Below are positions 46,566 through 61,900 of a stretch of DNA of 64,000 bases, one piece after another. The stretch is from IMG/VR virus record IMGVR_UViG_3300023184_000070, positions 1-64,000 of that record; one strand, given 5' to 3'. The position numbers were made by a program, and so were the translations under genes. Under the pieces are notes generated by a model that searched no databases, was not told where the DNA came from, and saw nothing but the letters and a program-made list of their open reading frames with translations. Source of the stretch: a virus. Every line of letters begins with the position of its first letter. The first letter of the stretch is position 1.

Positions 46566-49500
46566 ATGGCCATTAACACAAGACAACACAGTTTACTAGT
46601 AGCTGACAATTGGAAGAAGATATATCAAACTTTCCAAGAAGCAGACTTTACTAGTTACGATTTTGAAACGCTGCGCAAAAGCATGATTGATTACCTCAGG
46701 ATATATTACCCTGAGGACTTTAATGATTTTACTGAAAGCAGTGAGTTTATTGCCTTAATTGACTTGATCGCGTTCCTAGGACAAAGTCTAGCCTTCAGAG
46801 CAGACTTAAACACTAGAGAAAATTTTATCGACACCGCTGAACGCAGAGACAGCATATTAAAACTAGCTAGATTGGTAAGCTATAATCCTAAACGTAATAT
46901 ACCTGCAAGTGGACTATTAAAGATTGAAAGTGTAAACACCACCGAAACAGTATATGATAGCAACGGGCTTAATTTAAGCGGTTCTAATATCAATTGGAGC
47001 GACAGCAGCAACGATAACTGGTACGAACAATTTGTAACAATTTTAAATGCAGCATTAGCCACTAGCCAAGTAGTAGGCAAACCTGGAAATACGCAAACTA
47101 TCAACGGGGTGCGTACAGAAGAGTACGGTTTAAATCTTATATCAAATATACTTGGAACTTATAAATTTGAAACTCAAATTGAAGGTAGCAAAATTGATTT
47201 TGAAGCAGTTAGCGCATCCAGCATTGGCAAGAATTATATTTACGAAGCGGCACCTAAGGCTAACTCGTTGTTTAATATTTTATACCGCAACGACAATTAC
47301 GGTAATGGCTCAAACAACACTGGATTTTTTATTTACTTTAAACAAGGCACATTAGACAGTCAAGATTTTTCATTAACTGATTCAATCCCTAATAGGATAG
47401 TGGCGTTCAACAACAATAACGTTAACAATACTGACACATGGCTCTATAGCTTAACCACCAACGGAACTGTGCAGGACTTATGGACTGGTGTACCGGCAGT
47501 GGCAGGAATAAATGTCATTTATAATAAATTATCTGCAAGGAACCTTTATCAAGTTAATTCTCGAGCAGGAGATCAAATTGATTTAGTTTTCGGAGACGGT
47601 AGCTTTGCTAATATCCCACAAGGAAACTTTAGGCTTTACTATAGAAGCAGCAACGGACTAAGTTATAAGATAACGCCCGATGAAATGCAAAACATTGTTA
47701 TACCTTTTAATTATGTCAGCAGATCAGGCAGAGCTGAAACATTAATTATTCGTGCCAGCTTAAAGTATACAGTGACTAACGCAGCAGCAAGGGAAACATC
47801 TGACGAAATACGTCAACGTGCGCCGCAAGCATACTATACTCAAAATAGAATGATTACTGGTGAAGACTATAACATAGTACCATTTACCAGCTTCAGCAAT
47901 ATAATTAAAGTTAAAAGTATTAATCGCACCAGCTCGGGGATCAGCCGATTCTTGGATGCACTAGACACAACGGGGAAATTTTCAAGCACTAACATCATTG
48001 GCAGTGACGGCATATTGTATGCTAATTATTTTACAAGAAATTTTAAAACTAATTTAGTTTCATTTGCAGATATTAATAAGATGATAACTCAAAAAATTGT
48101 CAGTGAGATAATTGCGTCAAATGAAACCAAGCATCTTTATTATTCTGAATTTCCTGCATATACATTAGCTGGATATTCTTGGAATCTAAGCACCACTGGA
48201 TCTAATAGTGCCACTGGTTACTTTGTTAAAAATTTAAAGCCGGCGCAAGTGGGCGGAGTAGTAAAAGACACCGCAACTTATATTAGGAAAGGTGCAGTTA
48301 TTAGATTTGATGCACCACCTAACTATTATTTTGACAGTAACAACAATTTATTACCGGGCCAGGCAACTCAGCTGTCGGATCATTATTATCTTTATGCTAA
48401 TATTGTTGAACTATTGGGTGATGGTACCAACAACGGAGTAGGCAATTATACCACCGGAATTGGCCCAGTGACTCTTAACATAAAAGTGCCAACCAATGCA
48501 GTTATTGGCATGATATATCCTATTTTTAAAAATAACTTTAATAGCTCTTTCATATCAAAGTTAACTAACTTGTTACAGGGCTTTATAACTTTTGGTTTAA
48601 CATATAACAAAGTTAAACAAGACTGGCAAATAATAACTGAACAAAATATTGGATCTGGTGAATTTAGTCTAGCCAATCAAGGGGACACCAGTAGTACCGG
48701 CATTGATAACAGCTGGATTATTAAAGCAGTGTTTGCCAATTCAAGTTATACCATATACTACAGGGGACTAGAGTACATTTTTCAAAGTGCTAGAGAAACC
48801 ACATTCTTTTACGATGGAAAAACTAGAGTTTACGATAGCAAAACCGGAACAGTATTAAGAGATCAAATCACTGTCTTGAAATCAAATTCACAGGCAGATT
48901 CTGCTAGTGCATTGGGACAAGATTATGTATGGTACATTGATAAGAATATAATTGAGAACGATGGATATTCAAACAATGATAAAATTTTAGTCACTTTCCA
49001 AGACAGTAACAGCGATTCGTTGCCTGATAATCCTTTGTTATTTAAATCTATTGTAGCGCCTGACGTTAATCCCAATAACAAATTAGTTTATTTTAAAATT
49101 GTTGATGGATATGAAAAATTCAGTGAATTAATCCCAGTTGACAGCAATCTAATTAGCAACAAATTTGCCACAGAACAAGACATTATAGCCAGCGCTGGGG
49201 TGTTTTTACCTGGACAATTATTTTATGCAACTGAAGAAAAATTATTTTTCCAACTAACAGGTCCCCAAACAGTAACACGCCAACACAATTATCAAGCTAA
49301 GATTGGAAGACAAAATATTTCGTTTCAGTACCGCCATAATAGTCCTGATTATAGAAGAATTGATCCTTCTAATAGCAATATAATTGATTTATACTTGCTA
49401 ACAGCTACCTATCAAACCAGTTATCAAAATTGGATTAAAGATACCAGCAACAGCATTGCAAAACCAATTGCGCCTACTAGCCAAGAATTATCTATGGATT

Positions 49501-49937
49501 TTAGTTCGTTGAATGATCAACGCAGCGTAAGTGATACTATAATTTTTAATAGTGCAGTGTTTAAACCAATTTTTGGTAATAAATCTGAGTCTAATCTACA
49601 GGCAACATTTAAAGTAGTTAAAAATTCATCATTATCAATTAGTGATAATGATGTTAAATCATCAGTAGTTAATGCAATCAATACTTACTTTGATATTAAT
49701 AATTGGGATTTTGGGGAAACATTTTATTTCAGTGAATTAAGCGCATATCTACACCAAGCGTTAACGCCCACAATATCATCAATTGTAGTAGTACCATCTA
49801 ACCCTAATGTGGGTTTTGGTAATTTGTATCAAATCAATGCTGAGCCATATGAAATTATCATTAGCGCAGCAACCGTAGAAAACGTAGAAATTATAACTTC
49901 AATTACAGCATCTCAGCTAAACATGGGACTAAATTAA
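46566..49937 (+). CDS. gp6: Baseplate wedge protein (gp6-like), 1123 aa
   Basis: DFETLR, ENFIDTAERRDS..LA..VSYNP, FGDG, AP..YYTQNRMITGEDY. Confidence 0.85.
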   Translation: MAINTRQHSLLVADNWKKIYQTFQEADFTSYDFETLRKSMIDYLRIYYPEDFNDFTESSEFIALIDLIAFLGQSLAFRADLNTRENFIDTAERRDSILKLARLVSYNPKRNIPASGLLKIESVNTTETVYDSNGLNLSGSNINWSDSSNDNWYEQFVTILNAALATSQVVGKPGNTQTINGVRTEEYGLNLISNILGTYKFETQIEGSKIDFEAVSASSIGKNYIYEAAPKANSLFNILYRNDNYGNGSNNTGFFIYFKQGTLDSQDFSLTDSIPNRIVAFNNNNVNNTDTWLYSLTTNGTVQDLWTGVPAVAGINVIYNKLSARNLYQVNSRAGDQIDLVFGDGSFANIPQGNFRLYYRSSNGLSYKITPDEMQNIVIPFNYVSRSGRAETLIIRASLKYTVTNAAARETSDEIRQRAPQAYYTQNRMITGEDYNIVPFTSFSNIIKVKSINRTSSGISRFLDALDTTGKFSSTNIIGSDGILYANYFTRNFKTNLVSFADINKMITQKIVSEIIASNETKHLYYSEFPAYTLAGYSWNLSTTGSNSATGYFVKNLKPAQVGGVVKDTATYIRKGAVIRFDAPPNYYFDSNNNLLPGQATQLSDHYYLYANIVELLGDGTNNGVGNYTTGIGPVTLNIKVPTNAVIGMIYPIFKNNFNSSFISKLTNLLQGFITFGLTYNKVKQDWQIITEQNIGSGEFSLANQGDTSSTGIDNSWIIKAVFANSSYTIYYRGLEYIFQSARETTFFYDGKTRVYDSKTGTVLRDQITVLKSNSQADSASALGQDYVWYIDKNIIENDGYSNNDKILVTFQDSNSDSLPDNPLLFKSIVAPDVNPNNKLVYFKIVDGYEKFSELIPVDSNLISNKFATEQDIIASAGVFLPGQLFYATEEKLFFQLTGPQTVTRQHNYQAKIGRQNISFQYRHNSPDYRRIDPSNSNIIDLYLLTATYQTSYQNWIKDTSNSIAKPIAPTSQELSMDFSSLNDQRSVSDTIIFNSAVFKPIFGNKSESNLQATFKVVKNSSLSISDNDVKSSVVNAINTYFDINNWDFGETFYFSELSAYLHQALTPTISSIVVVPSNPNVGFGNLYQINAEPYEIIISAATVENVEIITSITASQLNMGLN

Positions 49938-49940
49938 TAT

Positions 49941-52900
49941 ATGGCCGCTAGCAGAACACTAAATTTTTTACCAGAAATATTTCAGACTGATACCAATAAA
50001 AAGTTTTTATCAGCTACCCTGGATCAATTGATATCTGAGCCGTCGTTCACTAGACTCAATGGTTATATCGGACGAAACTTTGCACCTGGATATAAATCAA
50101 CTGACACGTATATTAGTGAGATAGATAGTAGCCGACAAAATTACCAACTTGAGCCTAGTATAGTAATAAAAAATGCAGCAGGCGAAATTGAACAGTATAG
50201 CGGATACTCTGATTTAATTAACAAAATACAATATTACGGTGGCGAAACTACAAATCACGACAGACTATTTTCTTCCGAATCTTATACCTATGATGGTTTA
50301 TTTGATTTTGATAAATTTATTAATTACAGCCAGTATTACTGGGTTCCCAATGGGCTCGACCCAGTACCAGTTACATCTGCAATTGTTAATAGTCAACAAA
50401 CTTTTACTATAACAAAAAATACAAATACAAATCTTTTTGATATTGACAGCAACCTTAGCAATCCTCGACTGGTAGTAGTGCGCGGCGGCCTTTATAAATT
50501 TAAAGTAAACCAGCCTGGCTCTAAATTTTGGATACAGACCGAACCCAGTGAAACTGGTACTAGAATTGGACAACCAAAAATCAGCAGCAGAGATGTATTG
50601 GGAGTTAGCAACAACGGAGCAGATGTAGGAGTTGTTGAGTTTAGAGTTCCACTTATTGACGTGCAGGACAATTTCTTAGCAATGCCATTGTTGAGTTCCG
50701 TGGATTACGCAACCACTACCCCAATGAATCAAATAGTTGGACAACGTTTTCAGGATGTAGTTAATACCCTAGGCGGTATTGATGGTATAACTTTGTCACC
50801 TGGAAACAAAACTATAATTTTTATTACAGATGGCATGCCAACTGTTTGGAAAATTCGTATGACCACAGCTGGCGGATCAAGTGATATTATTGCACTAGAT
50901 GTGTTTCAAGCACTGCCGGAGAATCATAAAGTATACGTGAGATCCGGCAATACCTACGCTGGCAAAGAATTTTTTAATAAATCTGTAATTAATAAACTTA
51001 CTCAAATTCCTGCACTAACTGCACAACTTAACAGATTATATTATCAAGATGCTACTAATCCTGCTGCTTATGGAATTATTGACATTGTCAATGACGCGGT
51101 AGATTCGATTGATGTACATGATGAAATTATTGGTAATAGTAAATTTACTAGTCCTAATGGTGTACAATTTACTAACGGACTAATGGTAACATTTGACAGT
51201 ACAGTCACACCATCTAACTATGCAAATAAAACGTATGTTGTTGAAGGTGTAGGTAAAAGTATTTCTTTAGTGGCATTTGCTAATTTAGTATGCCCAGAAC
51301 CTGGAGTATTAACTAGTCAAGTGCCGTTTGACAAAGTACCATATGGTTCTGGGGCATTTGATGAGGTCTATCGTGGACCAGTTACTCCTGATTATATTTT
51401 GTGTAATCGAGCCAGCTTAGATTTAAGTCCATGGGCTAGGCAAAATCGTTGGTTTCACATTGATGTTATTGAGGCAACTGCTAGATATAATCAAACAGTA
51501 CCAACATTTGATCAAGCCAGTCGCGCACAGAGACCAATCATTGAGTTTGATGCCAGCATACAATTAATTAATTCTGGACGAATCGGAAAACCACCTGTTG
51601 ATATCATTGATACAACATTAACAGATGTATTTGGTATTTCAAATAAACGGACTGTTGATTTTATTAATGTAGGGTTAACCTACACATTAAATTTTACTCC
51701 TGACGCTGGTGACAAAATAACTGTTACTGCCGGCAATATACTAGTTCCAGAATCAGAATATAGCATTGTTGGTAACGTGCTTACATTACACTCTGCGCAA
51801 ATGGGATTTGATATTCGTGTTGAGTCTACCCGGCAATCTAGTGTGCAAAATAGCCGATCGCTAGCAGTAAACGACATTGAATTCAAACAAGGGCAGCGTG
51901 TACTATTTGCAGCAGATCATGATCCTTTGGTAAGAACTCAAGCATATACTGTACAATATTCTATACAAAATGATTCTACTAGATATTCATATTATGACGG
52001 AAAAGGTAGTGGCCAAATTACTATTGAACCATTTGATATTAGTTTTGTAAGTGTCAGCAATCCGGCCATAGACGACAGTGATCCTGAATTGCCTAATAGG
52101 TATGTTTGGGAAGTAATAGGATCAAGTGATATACTAACTGCAACTGAAATTCGGGGACTTGATTACCCTGCAGGCGCAGCTATAGGAGTTGTAGATTCAG
52201 TTGTTAGCACCGGTAATAGACATTACTTAATTTATTTTACAACCAGTTATGAACTAACTGGTTATCAAATATTTGATATCCAATTAATTGGCTCCAGTGG
52301 CAGTAACTATGTATTTGGTGGCAACACAAAATTTACTACTGATTTAAAAGTTGGTGGGGCTATGTATACCATGGATGGTGTTTATATAGGTACTATCGCG
52401 CATATTAACACTGATACTAAATTGCGGCTTGAAGAAAAATCTAACGCAATACTCCTTGCACAAGAATACCAATACAGGGATCCAAGAATTCAATTGATAG
52501 TATCAAAAGATTCAGAAGACACCTATGATGAATTTGATAGTATTGTGGCACTGTCAGGCCCATGGCAAGGCATATCACTGTGGTATACTGGTACTGAATG
52601 GGTTAGATCACAGCAAAAAACTAAAGTTAATCAGCCACCAAAGTTTGATGTATTTGATTTAAATGATCGATCATTTTTGTCAAGCACATATACATCAAGT
52701 AAATTTGCTGGTACTGAAATTTTTTCTTATAGTGTAGGAACTGGCAACAATGACTCGGTGTTGGGATTCCCGTTATCGTATAGAAATTTCAATTCACTAG
52801 CAGACATATTGTTTAATAACGATTTTGACAATGATCAATTTACCCATGTGCGCAACGGAAAAATTGTATCTAAAAATGTTAATACTGGATACTTGCGCCA

Positions 52901-55900
52901 AAATACAAGTAGATTAGACTATACTAAACGAAATGTTTGGAGTACCCGGGACGAGTTAGATAAACAATATCAATCTATCAGCGCCACTTACACTGGCGAT
53001 AGTACATACTTTGAAATTGATGTGTTGCCTGCTCCAGCTATCAATGTTCCTAATCTTAAAGTGTTTTTAAACAATGTATTACTAAATTCAACCGATTACC
53101 AATTAGTAACAGTAGGAGCCAAGAAAGCTATACATGTTACTAAACAAATGTCCATTGGCGATATTGTTAACATTTTAATTTATAGTTTAGAACCCAGCAC
53201 CATTGGCTTTTATCAGGTGCCACAAAATTTAGATTATAACAGTAAAAATTTGCCGCTAACAACACTAACACTTGGGCAACTTAGAAATCATGTTACTGTA
53301 GTTGGTCAAAATTCGATTGGAGTATCGGGGGCAGTTCCTGGTAATAGTAATTTAAGAGACATTGATTTAAAAAATCATGGCGGCAATATATTGCAATCAG
53401 CTGCACCTACTATATACGCCAGTTTGTTTTTAATATCTAAGCAAGCTAATTTTATCAATGGTGTCGACTATGCACGAAGAGAATACAGTAAATTTAAAAA
53501 TAAATTTTTAGAAACTGCGCTAACTCTAAGTGGATTAGATTATAACAACCCATCAACCGCAGTTGATGTTATATTGCAAACAATTAATCAGGCGAAAAAC
53601 CCATCGTTTCCCTGGAATTCCAGCGATATGGTGCCATATGGCACATATACTGCAACACGATATACGGTTGTAGATCCATTGAACCGCCAATACAAAATAA
53701 ACTCTATTTTTGATATAACACAATTACAAACTCGTGCTATACTAGTTTATAGCGGCTCCCATCAGCTGGTATATGGCAAAGACTATTACTTTCCTTTAGA
53801 TCGTCCGGCGATTATCATTAATGACGCTGTTGATTTGATTGCCGGATCAATAATTGAAATAAGAGAATACAATACCGAAGGTAATTATATACCTGAAACT
53901 CCTACTAAGCTAGGCCTATATCCTAAATTCTTACCTGCTATATTCAATGATAATACTTACTCAAATCCAATACAAGTAATACAAGGGCACGACGGTAGCT
54001 TAACTCCAATTTTTGGCGACTATAGGGATTTGTTTTTACTAGAATTAGAAACAAGAATTTATAATAATATCAAAACCAATTACGGAAAATCTGGATTTGA
54101 CCTAAGAGATTACATCCCCGGTCGCTTTAGAGAGACTGAATACACTCTAGAAGAATTTGACGCAATCAAAGCTAGATCATTTATGAAATGGGCCGGCGCT
54201 AATCGTGTTAATTTTAATACTAATACCTATTATAAATCTGGTGACCCTTTCACTTACAATTATAAGTCTAGTACCGACGTTTTGTTTAATAAGTCGTTAC
54301 CAGGCTGGTGGCGCGGAATTTATAACTATTTTTATGATACTAATCGCCCACACACACATCCATGGGAAATGTTGGGATTCACAGAAACTCCGTCGTGGTG
54401 GGTCGAAACATACGGTCCTGTGCCATACACAGCTGAAAACCAATCGTTGTGGAAAGACCTTAGTTTGGGTATAATTCGTAAAGGTGCCCGCGCAGGCACT
54501 TATGCAAAATATGCCCGGGCAGAATTATTGTCAATTATCCCCGTAGACTTACATGGGAATTTATTACCACCACTGGGATTAATTGCAAAACAATTCAATG
54601 GTTCCCGTACAGCCGAAAGTTTTTCAATTGGCGACCAATCACCTGCTGAAAGTGCATGGATGCGCTCTAGTGATTATCCGTTTGCATTGCAACAGATAGT
54701 AGCAGTCATGAAACCAGCTATGTATTTTGCCATGTTGTTCGACACCACCGTATATCAAAAAAATAATTATTTTAACCAGTATCAAATACTTTCTACAGGG
54801 CAGCGATTAAATCCTACTGACATAACCATACACAGAGAAATAGTAAACGGATCTCCAGTCAACGCCGCAGGATATATTAATTACATTAGTGATTATTTAA
54901 TTGGTCAAGGTATTAATGGACCTGCAACTATTAGATCATTGTTATCTAATCTTAATGTGCAACTGTGCTATAAAACTGCTGGCTTCACTGATAAAAATTA
55001 TTTAACAGTATTAGCCGAGCAATACAGCCCTGGTAGTATAAATGAATCAATTATTATACCAGATCAAAATTATCAAATATATCTGAATAAGAGTGTACCA
55101 ATTGATCGTGTAACATACAGTGCGGTTATAATTGAAAAAACTGATACTGGATACTCAGTAACTGGATATGATAACAACTCACCATTTTTTGTTATCATAC
55201 CAAGTGATACCAACGGTGAAAGTTATAATATCAGTGTACAAAATATTGGCGCCACTATATATAAAAATTACCAATTTGTTAAATTATCTATTCCGTATGG
55301 TCATGAATTCACTTCTAGACAGCAAGTAGTAGATTTTTTAGTTAGTTACCAACGCTATTTAAATAGTCAAGGCTTTATATTTGATGAATACAATCAAGAT
55401 TTAGCAATGACACAAGATTGGGTTTTAAGTGCCCATGAATTCTTAACCTGGACTTTGCAAGGATGGAATTCTGGCAGCATGATGATTGTAAGCCCATGCA
55501 ATAACAAGTTAAATTTAATCAGTTCATATTCTGTTGTTGACGAAATAACAAACGAATATTTAGGCAGCAGAATACTTGATCCTAACTTCTCAGTAATTAA
55601 AAACGATAATTTATTCATTGTACGTGAAGCTGAAAATTTTGTAATACAAACTACTACTAACCAAACGATTGCGTATGCAGAACTTGATTTAGTGCAGCAC
55701 GAACACATATTAGTTTTTGATAATGTCACTATTTTTAATGATGTTATATACTCTCCTGAATTGGGCAGTAGACAGTATAGATTAAAATTAGTTGGCGAAA
55801 AAACTGCAAACTGGGATGGTTCTTTATACGCACCTGGATTTATATATAATTCTTCTAAAATTGCATTATGGAAAGCAAGTACAGATTATCACAAAGGTGA

Positions 55901-58900
55901 TATTGTTGATTACAAAAATACTTACTATACAGCAATACAGGATACAGCAGCAACCGATACTTTTATTTTAAAAGATTGGAAAATTATTAATAAAGAAGAT
56001 GTTAAAACTGGTCTATTGCCAAACTTTGCTACCAATGCTGCAAAATTTAACGATTTATATGATGTCGATAGCAGCACCACTAGCGAACAATTGCAAGAAT
56101 TTGGCGCTGGATTAATTGGATTCAGAAAACGAGATTATCTGACAGATTTAAATCTCAGTGTAACAAGCCAAATTAAATTTTATCAGGGATTTATTAAAGA
56201 CAAGGGTACTAAAAATGCAATTAATGCATTAAAAAATTCATTGTTTAATAATTTAAAAAATGATGTTACCTACTACGAAGAATGGGGATTCCGAGTAGGC
56301 GAGTATGGCGCACAAAATAGCAACCACACAGTCGAACTTCAGCTCGATGAGTCGTGGAAATATACTGGAGATTTAGGACTAGCTATCATTGACAATGATG
56401 CAGAGCCCATTAATGGAATAATTTCTATCCGTGATCAAAATTTATATGCTAGACCTTTGCAAAGAGTCCCTGTAAATTTCCTTAATAGAACACCTAATTC
56501 TTCAATTGAAGATGATATCCAATCAGCAGGATATGCAATCATTGATGATGTTGATGCTACAATTTTTGATAGTTCTACTTTTAATACTACTATCACAGAT
56601 CTCAGTGTAATTACCAGCGGGTTTACAATATGGGTAGCAAAAGGTAACAACAGGGATTGGGATATCTATAGAGTCAACGAGACTAACAACATAATCACTG
56701 ATATAGAATATGCATTAGATCTCCGCGGAAGAGTTAAAACTAAAAACCCACATAATTTTAAAGTAGGCGATATAGTACTCATTAAACAATTTAATGATTT
56801 GTTTAATGGATTTCAAGAAATAGTTGAAGTTGACACATTAACTTCTTTTGTAACCGCAACTACAATTGCACAAAATTTACTGTTAAAAAATTCACCAATA
56901 TCTGGAGCTGGAATCTTGTTTGTATTGAGTTCAATAAGATTCAATTCTCCAAAAGAAATTGCCAATGCAACACCGTTGCATACTTGGAAAGACGGTGATC
57001 TAACCTGGGTTGATGCCGATGAACACGGCAATTGGGTAGTTTATGAAAAGAGTTCGCCATGGCAATATGCTACTCTATTAGATATGCAGACCAGAGAACA
57101 CATGGCGTACTCGCATTATGGTACCTCAGTTAAAATTAGTCCCGATGGAAAGTTCATCGCAGTTGGCTCTCCGGGGGATTACAGTGGAGTTGGGGCGCTG
57201 CACGTATTTAAAAACGATGCTACAAAAAAAGAAATAGCCGTCCTGCCATTGGCAAAATCTAATATCACTGCATTGGGGTCAACAGTTGATGCCAGTGACC
57301 AACACATAATAGTAGGCGCACCCGATACTAATTTAGATACAGGCAAGGTTGTTGTATATTCTGTAATTGATCCGGCATATGTACGCCCAGTGCAGATAAT
57401 AGATAACCCCACTGGATTACCAGCATCAAAGTTTGGATCAAGCATATCAGTAAGTCAGAATGGACAATACCTTTATATTGGTAGCCCCGGGGTTGATCGG
57501 GTATTTTGCTATAAATTAGTTGACCATACGTTTAATACCACAGCTTTTAAAGCAGTAATTGGTAAATCGTATACATTACCGTATACAGTTGGAGCAGCCG
57601 AAAGTCTAGCAGTATATTATAAAAATGAATTATTAACCTTAGGTACTGATTACACAGTATCAAATAATTCAGTGGTTGTTAACTCATCAGTATTTAATAT
57701 CAACGAGTTTGATATATTCACTGAGCAGGAGGATGGGTTTATAGTTATAACTCGCAGAGCATACTATCAATACCTAAGTGTTATACTTGGGGCAGAGGCT
57801 GGAGTTCTTTTTGGGCACAGCGTAAAAACTGAAAGTACAGGAAAAATTCTAGTAATTGGCGCCCCAAACTCTAGAGTAAATGGCAAACTATATGCCGGCG
57901 CAGCATACGTTTATAAAAACACTAATAATAGTATCAGTTTAGTAGAAAAAATTAAACCAGATGTGTCCACATATCGTGCAAATTTTGGAACAAGCGTTGA
58001 AGTTTCTAATAATGATTGCAACATCTATGTAGGTGCACCTGGCTATAGCTATGATGAATATTCGGGTGGTGCAGTTTTTAGATTTGTTAATACTGGGCTA
58101 TTGCACGGCATTGTGGTATCCACACCAATTTCTGGTAATTTGTTATCAGGGAATATTGTTGTCAACGGTAATTTGATTAATTTCCCTGGCGGGGTAATCA
58201 GCAACCTGGCCTCTGCAATAAATCAAGCTAATATAAAAGGAATAATAGCAACATCATCGCAGAATATACTAACTATTAAATCTGCATTAACCACACCATT
58301 TAATAAATTAGAAGTATTACCAAACGGTAACTCACTAGATTACTATGGTATATCAGTATATAAATTAACAGAAAAAATAGTAAAACCATTTAAAGCCACA
58401 GGCGATAAATTTGGTAGTAAAGTAAGAACTTCTGCCAATGCTGAAACTTTGTTGATCAGCAGTATTAACGGGTCAATTGAATTGTATGCCAACTTGGATA
58501 ATGCAAAAACCACGTTTGATGGAAAAATTACAAGATTTATTGATTATTTTATGGGCACTGGGGCAGTGTACACATACGATTTTATGCCATCATCAATTAA
58601 AGATCTAGATCCCAACGGGCGCTTTAGTATGGCACAAGAATTTGGTACTGCTAATTTACGAGCTGGTGATTTGTTTGGAGACAGTGTTGATTTTAATTTA
58701 AATTCACTGGTAATCGGCGCAACCTTACACGACAATACTTTACCTGCTAAACAAGATGCTGGTCAAGTGTATTGTTACGAAAACGCAACTGGTAAAATTG
58801 GATGGAACAAAATAAAACATCAGTTACCAGCAGTTGATGTTAACGGTATTAATCGTATATTTTTATACGACGCTAAAACAAAATCTATGTTAACGTCATT

Positions 58901-61900
58901 GGACTACATAGATCCTGCAAAGGGTAAAGTGTTAGGGATAGCAGCACAAGATTTAGATTTTAAATCTAGTTACGATCCTGCAAGTTACAACTCTGGTACG
59001 GCTGTTGACCAAACAAGATCTAACGAATACCACTGGAATGCTGCGCAAGTTGGCGTTACATGGTGGAATTTAAATACTCTTCGTTATATTGATTACGAGC
59101 AAGGGGATATCAATTACCGTTTAAAAAATTGGGGTAAATTATTCCCTGGCAGTGATGTAGCAGTATACGAATGGGTCGCAAGTAACTTACTACCTAGTGA
59201 GTATTCAACAGTTGAACAAGGAACTCCGTTGTACGCAGATAACAGTGCATATGTAACTACATATGGACTTGATATAAACGGAGTAATCACCAGCACTTAT
59301 TACTACTGGGTTAAGGGTCGCAGTGATGTTCCGCGCAACGGTAAAAGATTGCTCAGTGCAACTGGAATTGAAAATGTTATTGCAAATCCAAAATTACAAA
59401 ATATACCCTATGCTGAAATATTATCAGATCGCAGCATTGGTTTAGTCAACTGTGAAAAATACATATCAGGAACAAATACAATTTTACAAGTTGATTATGA
59501 CAGCGTGTTAAACACCAACGTTATGCACAACGAATTTGAATTGGTGCAACAAGGAAATGGTAATAGTATTTTACCTACTAGAATTAGTGATAAGCTAGTC
59601 GACAGTTTAAGTGGAGTAGATCGCTTGGGTATGGTTGTGCCTGATCCTAAATTGCGATATTCGCAACAGATAGGACTGGGATTACGTCCACGCCAAACAC
59701 TGGTTCGAAACAGAAATACAGCACTTAAAAATATAGTTGAGTATGCCAATTTAGTATTCTCCGGAACTACCGCGTCAACTAAAATACAAAGTACACATAC
59801 TTACACATTGGCCAATTGGTTTGCTAAAGATCCAGAGCCGCCAGAATCTGAATATGACGTCAGAGCAGAAAATATTACAGAATTGGGATATGTAAACCAG
59901 TTTGACGAAGTTGGTGATATATTGGTTGGTCTGCGAGTACTGGTAGCAGATGATCAAGACTATTACGGACTATGGACACTACGAGAGCTTACAGCAGCCG
60001 GTGAATATGCAGTAGTTAAAAACCAACAATTTAATACTACGAAACTTTGGGGATTTGACACTTGGTACAGTAGCGAGTTCACCAGCGGTACTACAATAAA
60101 CTATATAGTTGAACAATATTCTGATATTGAAAAAATTAATATTGTGGCCGGTGACATAGTAAAAGTATTAAATGGTCCTAAAAAAGGATTTGAAATTTAC
60201 AAATTCTCTTCGGCAACCGATAGTGCATTGATTGCATTAGAGTTTGGCACATTAAAAATAAACGACTTAATTTGGAATACAGACATTAACGGGGTTGGAT
60301 TTGATAATGCAGTATTTGATGGCAGTTCATTTGATAATGATTATAGTCAAGAAATTAGAAACATCTTAATTGGATTGCAAAAAAACATATTAATTGAAGA
60401 TCTAGCTGATGACTATAATAAGTTAATGTTTGTTGCAGTTGATTACATACTAAGTGAACAGAAAAATATTGATTGGGCGTTTAAAACCAGCTTCATTGAT
60501 GTGTTACATCAGATACGCGATCTAGATCAGTTTCCTCTTTATGTTAAAGATAATACTTCGTACTATAAACAATATTTAGAAGAAGTTAAACCTTACAGAA
60601 CAAAGATACGCAATTACCGTGTGGGGTATACTGGCATGGATGTTGCATCTGCATACACATCTGATTTTGATTTGCCGGGCTATTACGATTCCGATCTAAA
60701 ACGATTCCGTAGTCCAAGTACTGAATACTTTGCAAAAGACAGCAAATTATTTTTGCTACCAGAATATCAAGATTGGTATAATAATTATTTGAACAGCATT
60801 GCCAGCGTTACAGTTACTAACCGCGGGCAAGGATATACTGAAGCACCAGTAATTACTATCATTGACAGTGCCGGATCCGGTACTGGTGTAGTAGCATACG
60901 CAACAATTGGAGAAATAGCAGGTACTATTGACAGTATTACTATCGTTAATCCTGGAAAAAATTTCCGTGGCGAACCTAAAGTTCTTATCAGTGGAGTTGG
61001 TACTGGGGCAACCGCAGTTGCTAGACTATCTAACAATAAAGTTCGCAGTATTAAGACAACACTGAAGTTTGATAGGGTTGACTATTCTACAGATATAACT
61101 GAGTGGTTACCTAACACCAGCTACGCTAGTGGACGCCGTGTGAGTTATGGCGGTCAAGGTTACATGGCAACGGATGCAGTCCCTGCAGGCCAATTGTTTA
61201 ATTTTGCTTTGTTTGAAAAAATAGCAGATACTGATTACAAATCTGCTGTTGACAGAATTGCTTCAAGATACCAACCAACCAAACATCAGGTGCCTAGAGA
61301 ATTTGATCCTGCTACTGGGGTAATAAACTTATCTAGAATAGTTCCGGTCGCTGATTATCGTGTCAATGACAATACTGAAATTTATAATGATACGTCGTTG
61401 GCCTCTCCAATGAACTATGATGATGCAACAGGTACAAATTTAACAGATATTAATTTATCAGGTGGTACTTTTGTTGAAGAAAAGATAGCTCGCGCCCCAG
61501 AAGAACTAATCCCCGGAACTACACTAGATACACTAGTAATGACTGTTATCACTGATATCAGTGCAAATATTGGAGCGCCAGGCAATGTTGCTTATCGAAT
61601 GTTTAAAAGCATCGATGAAAATACCGAATACTACTCAGTGACTGGAAGCAATGTTAGTTTGTTAACTTCGACGTTGAATAGAACTGATACTACTGCTAAT
61701 GTTGCAAGTGTATCGTTGGTGTTTGGTGGGGTAACTACTGGATCTGTGTTTATTAACGGCGAAAAAATTATCTACCGTGACGTGGATTTTGAGAACAATC
61801 GATTGTTACATTTAAGTCGCGGTGTGGGCGGGACTCCAATTCCGGCTACTCACAGCGTTGACAGTAGAGTCGAATCTGCAGGTCCTGATTTAGCTATACC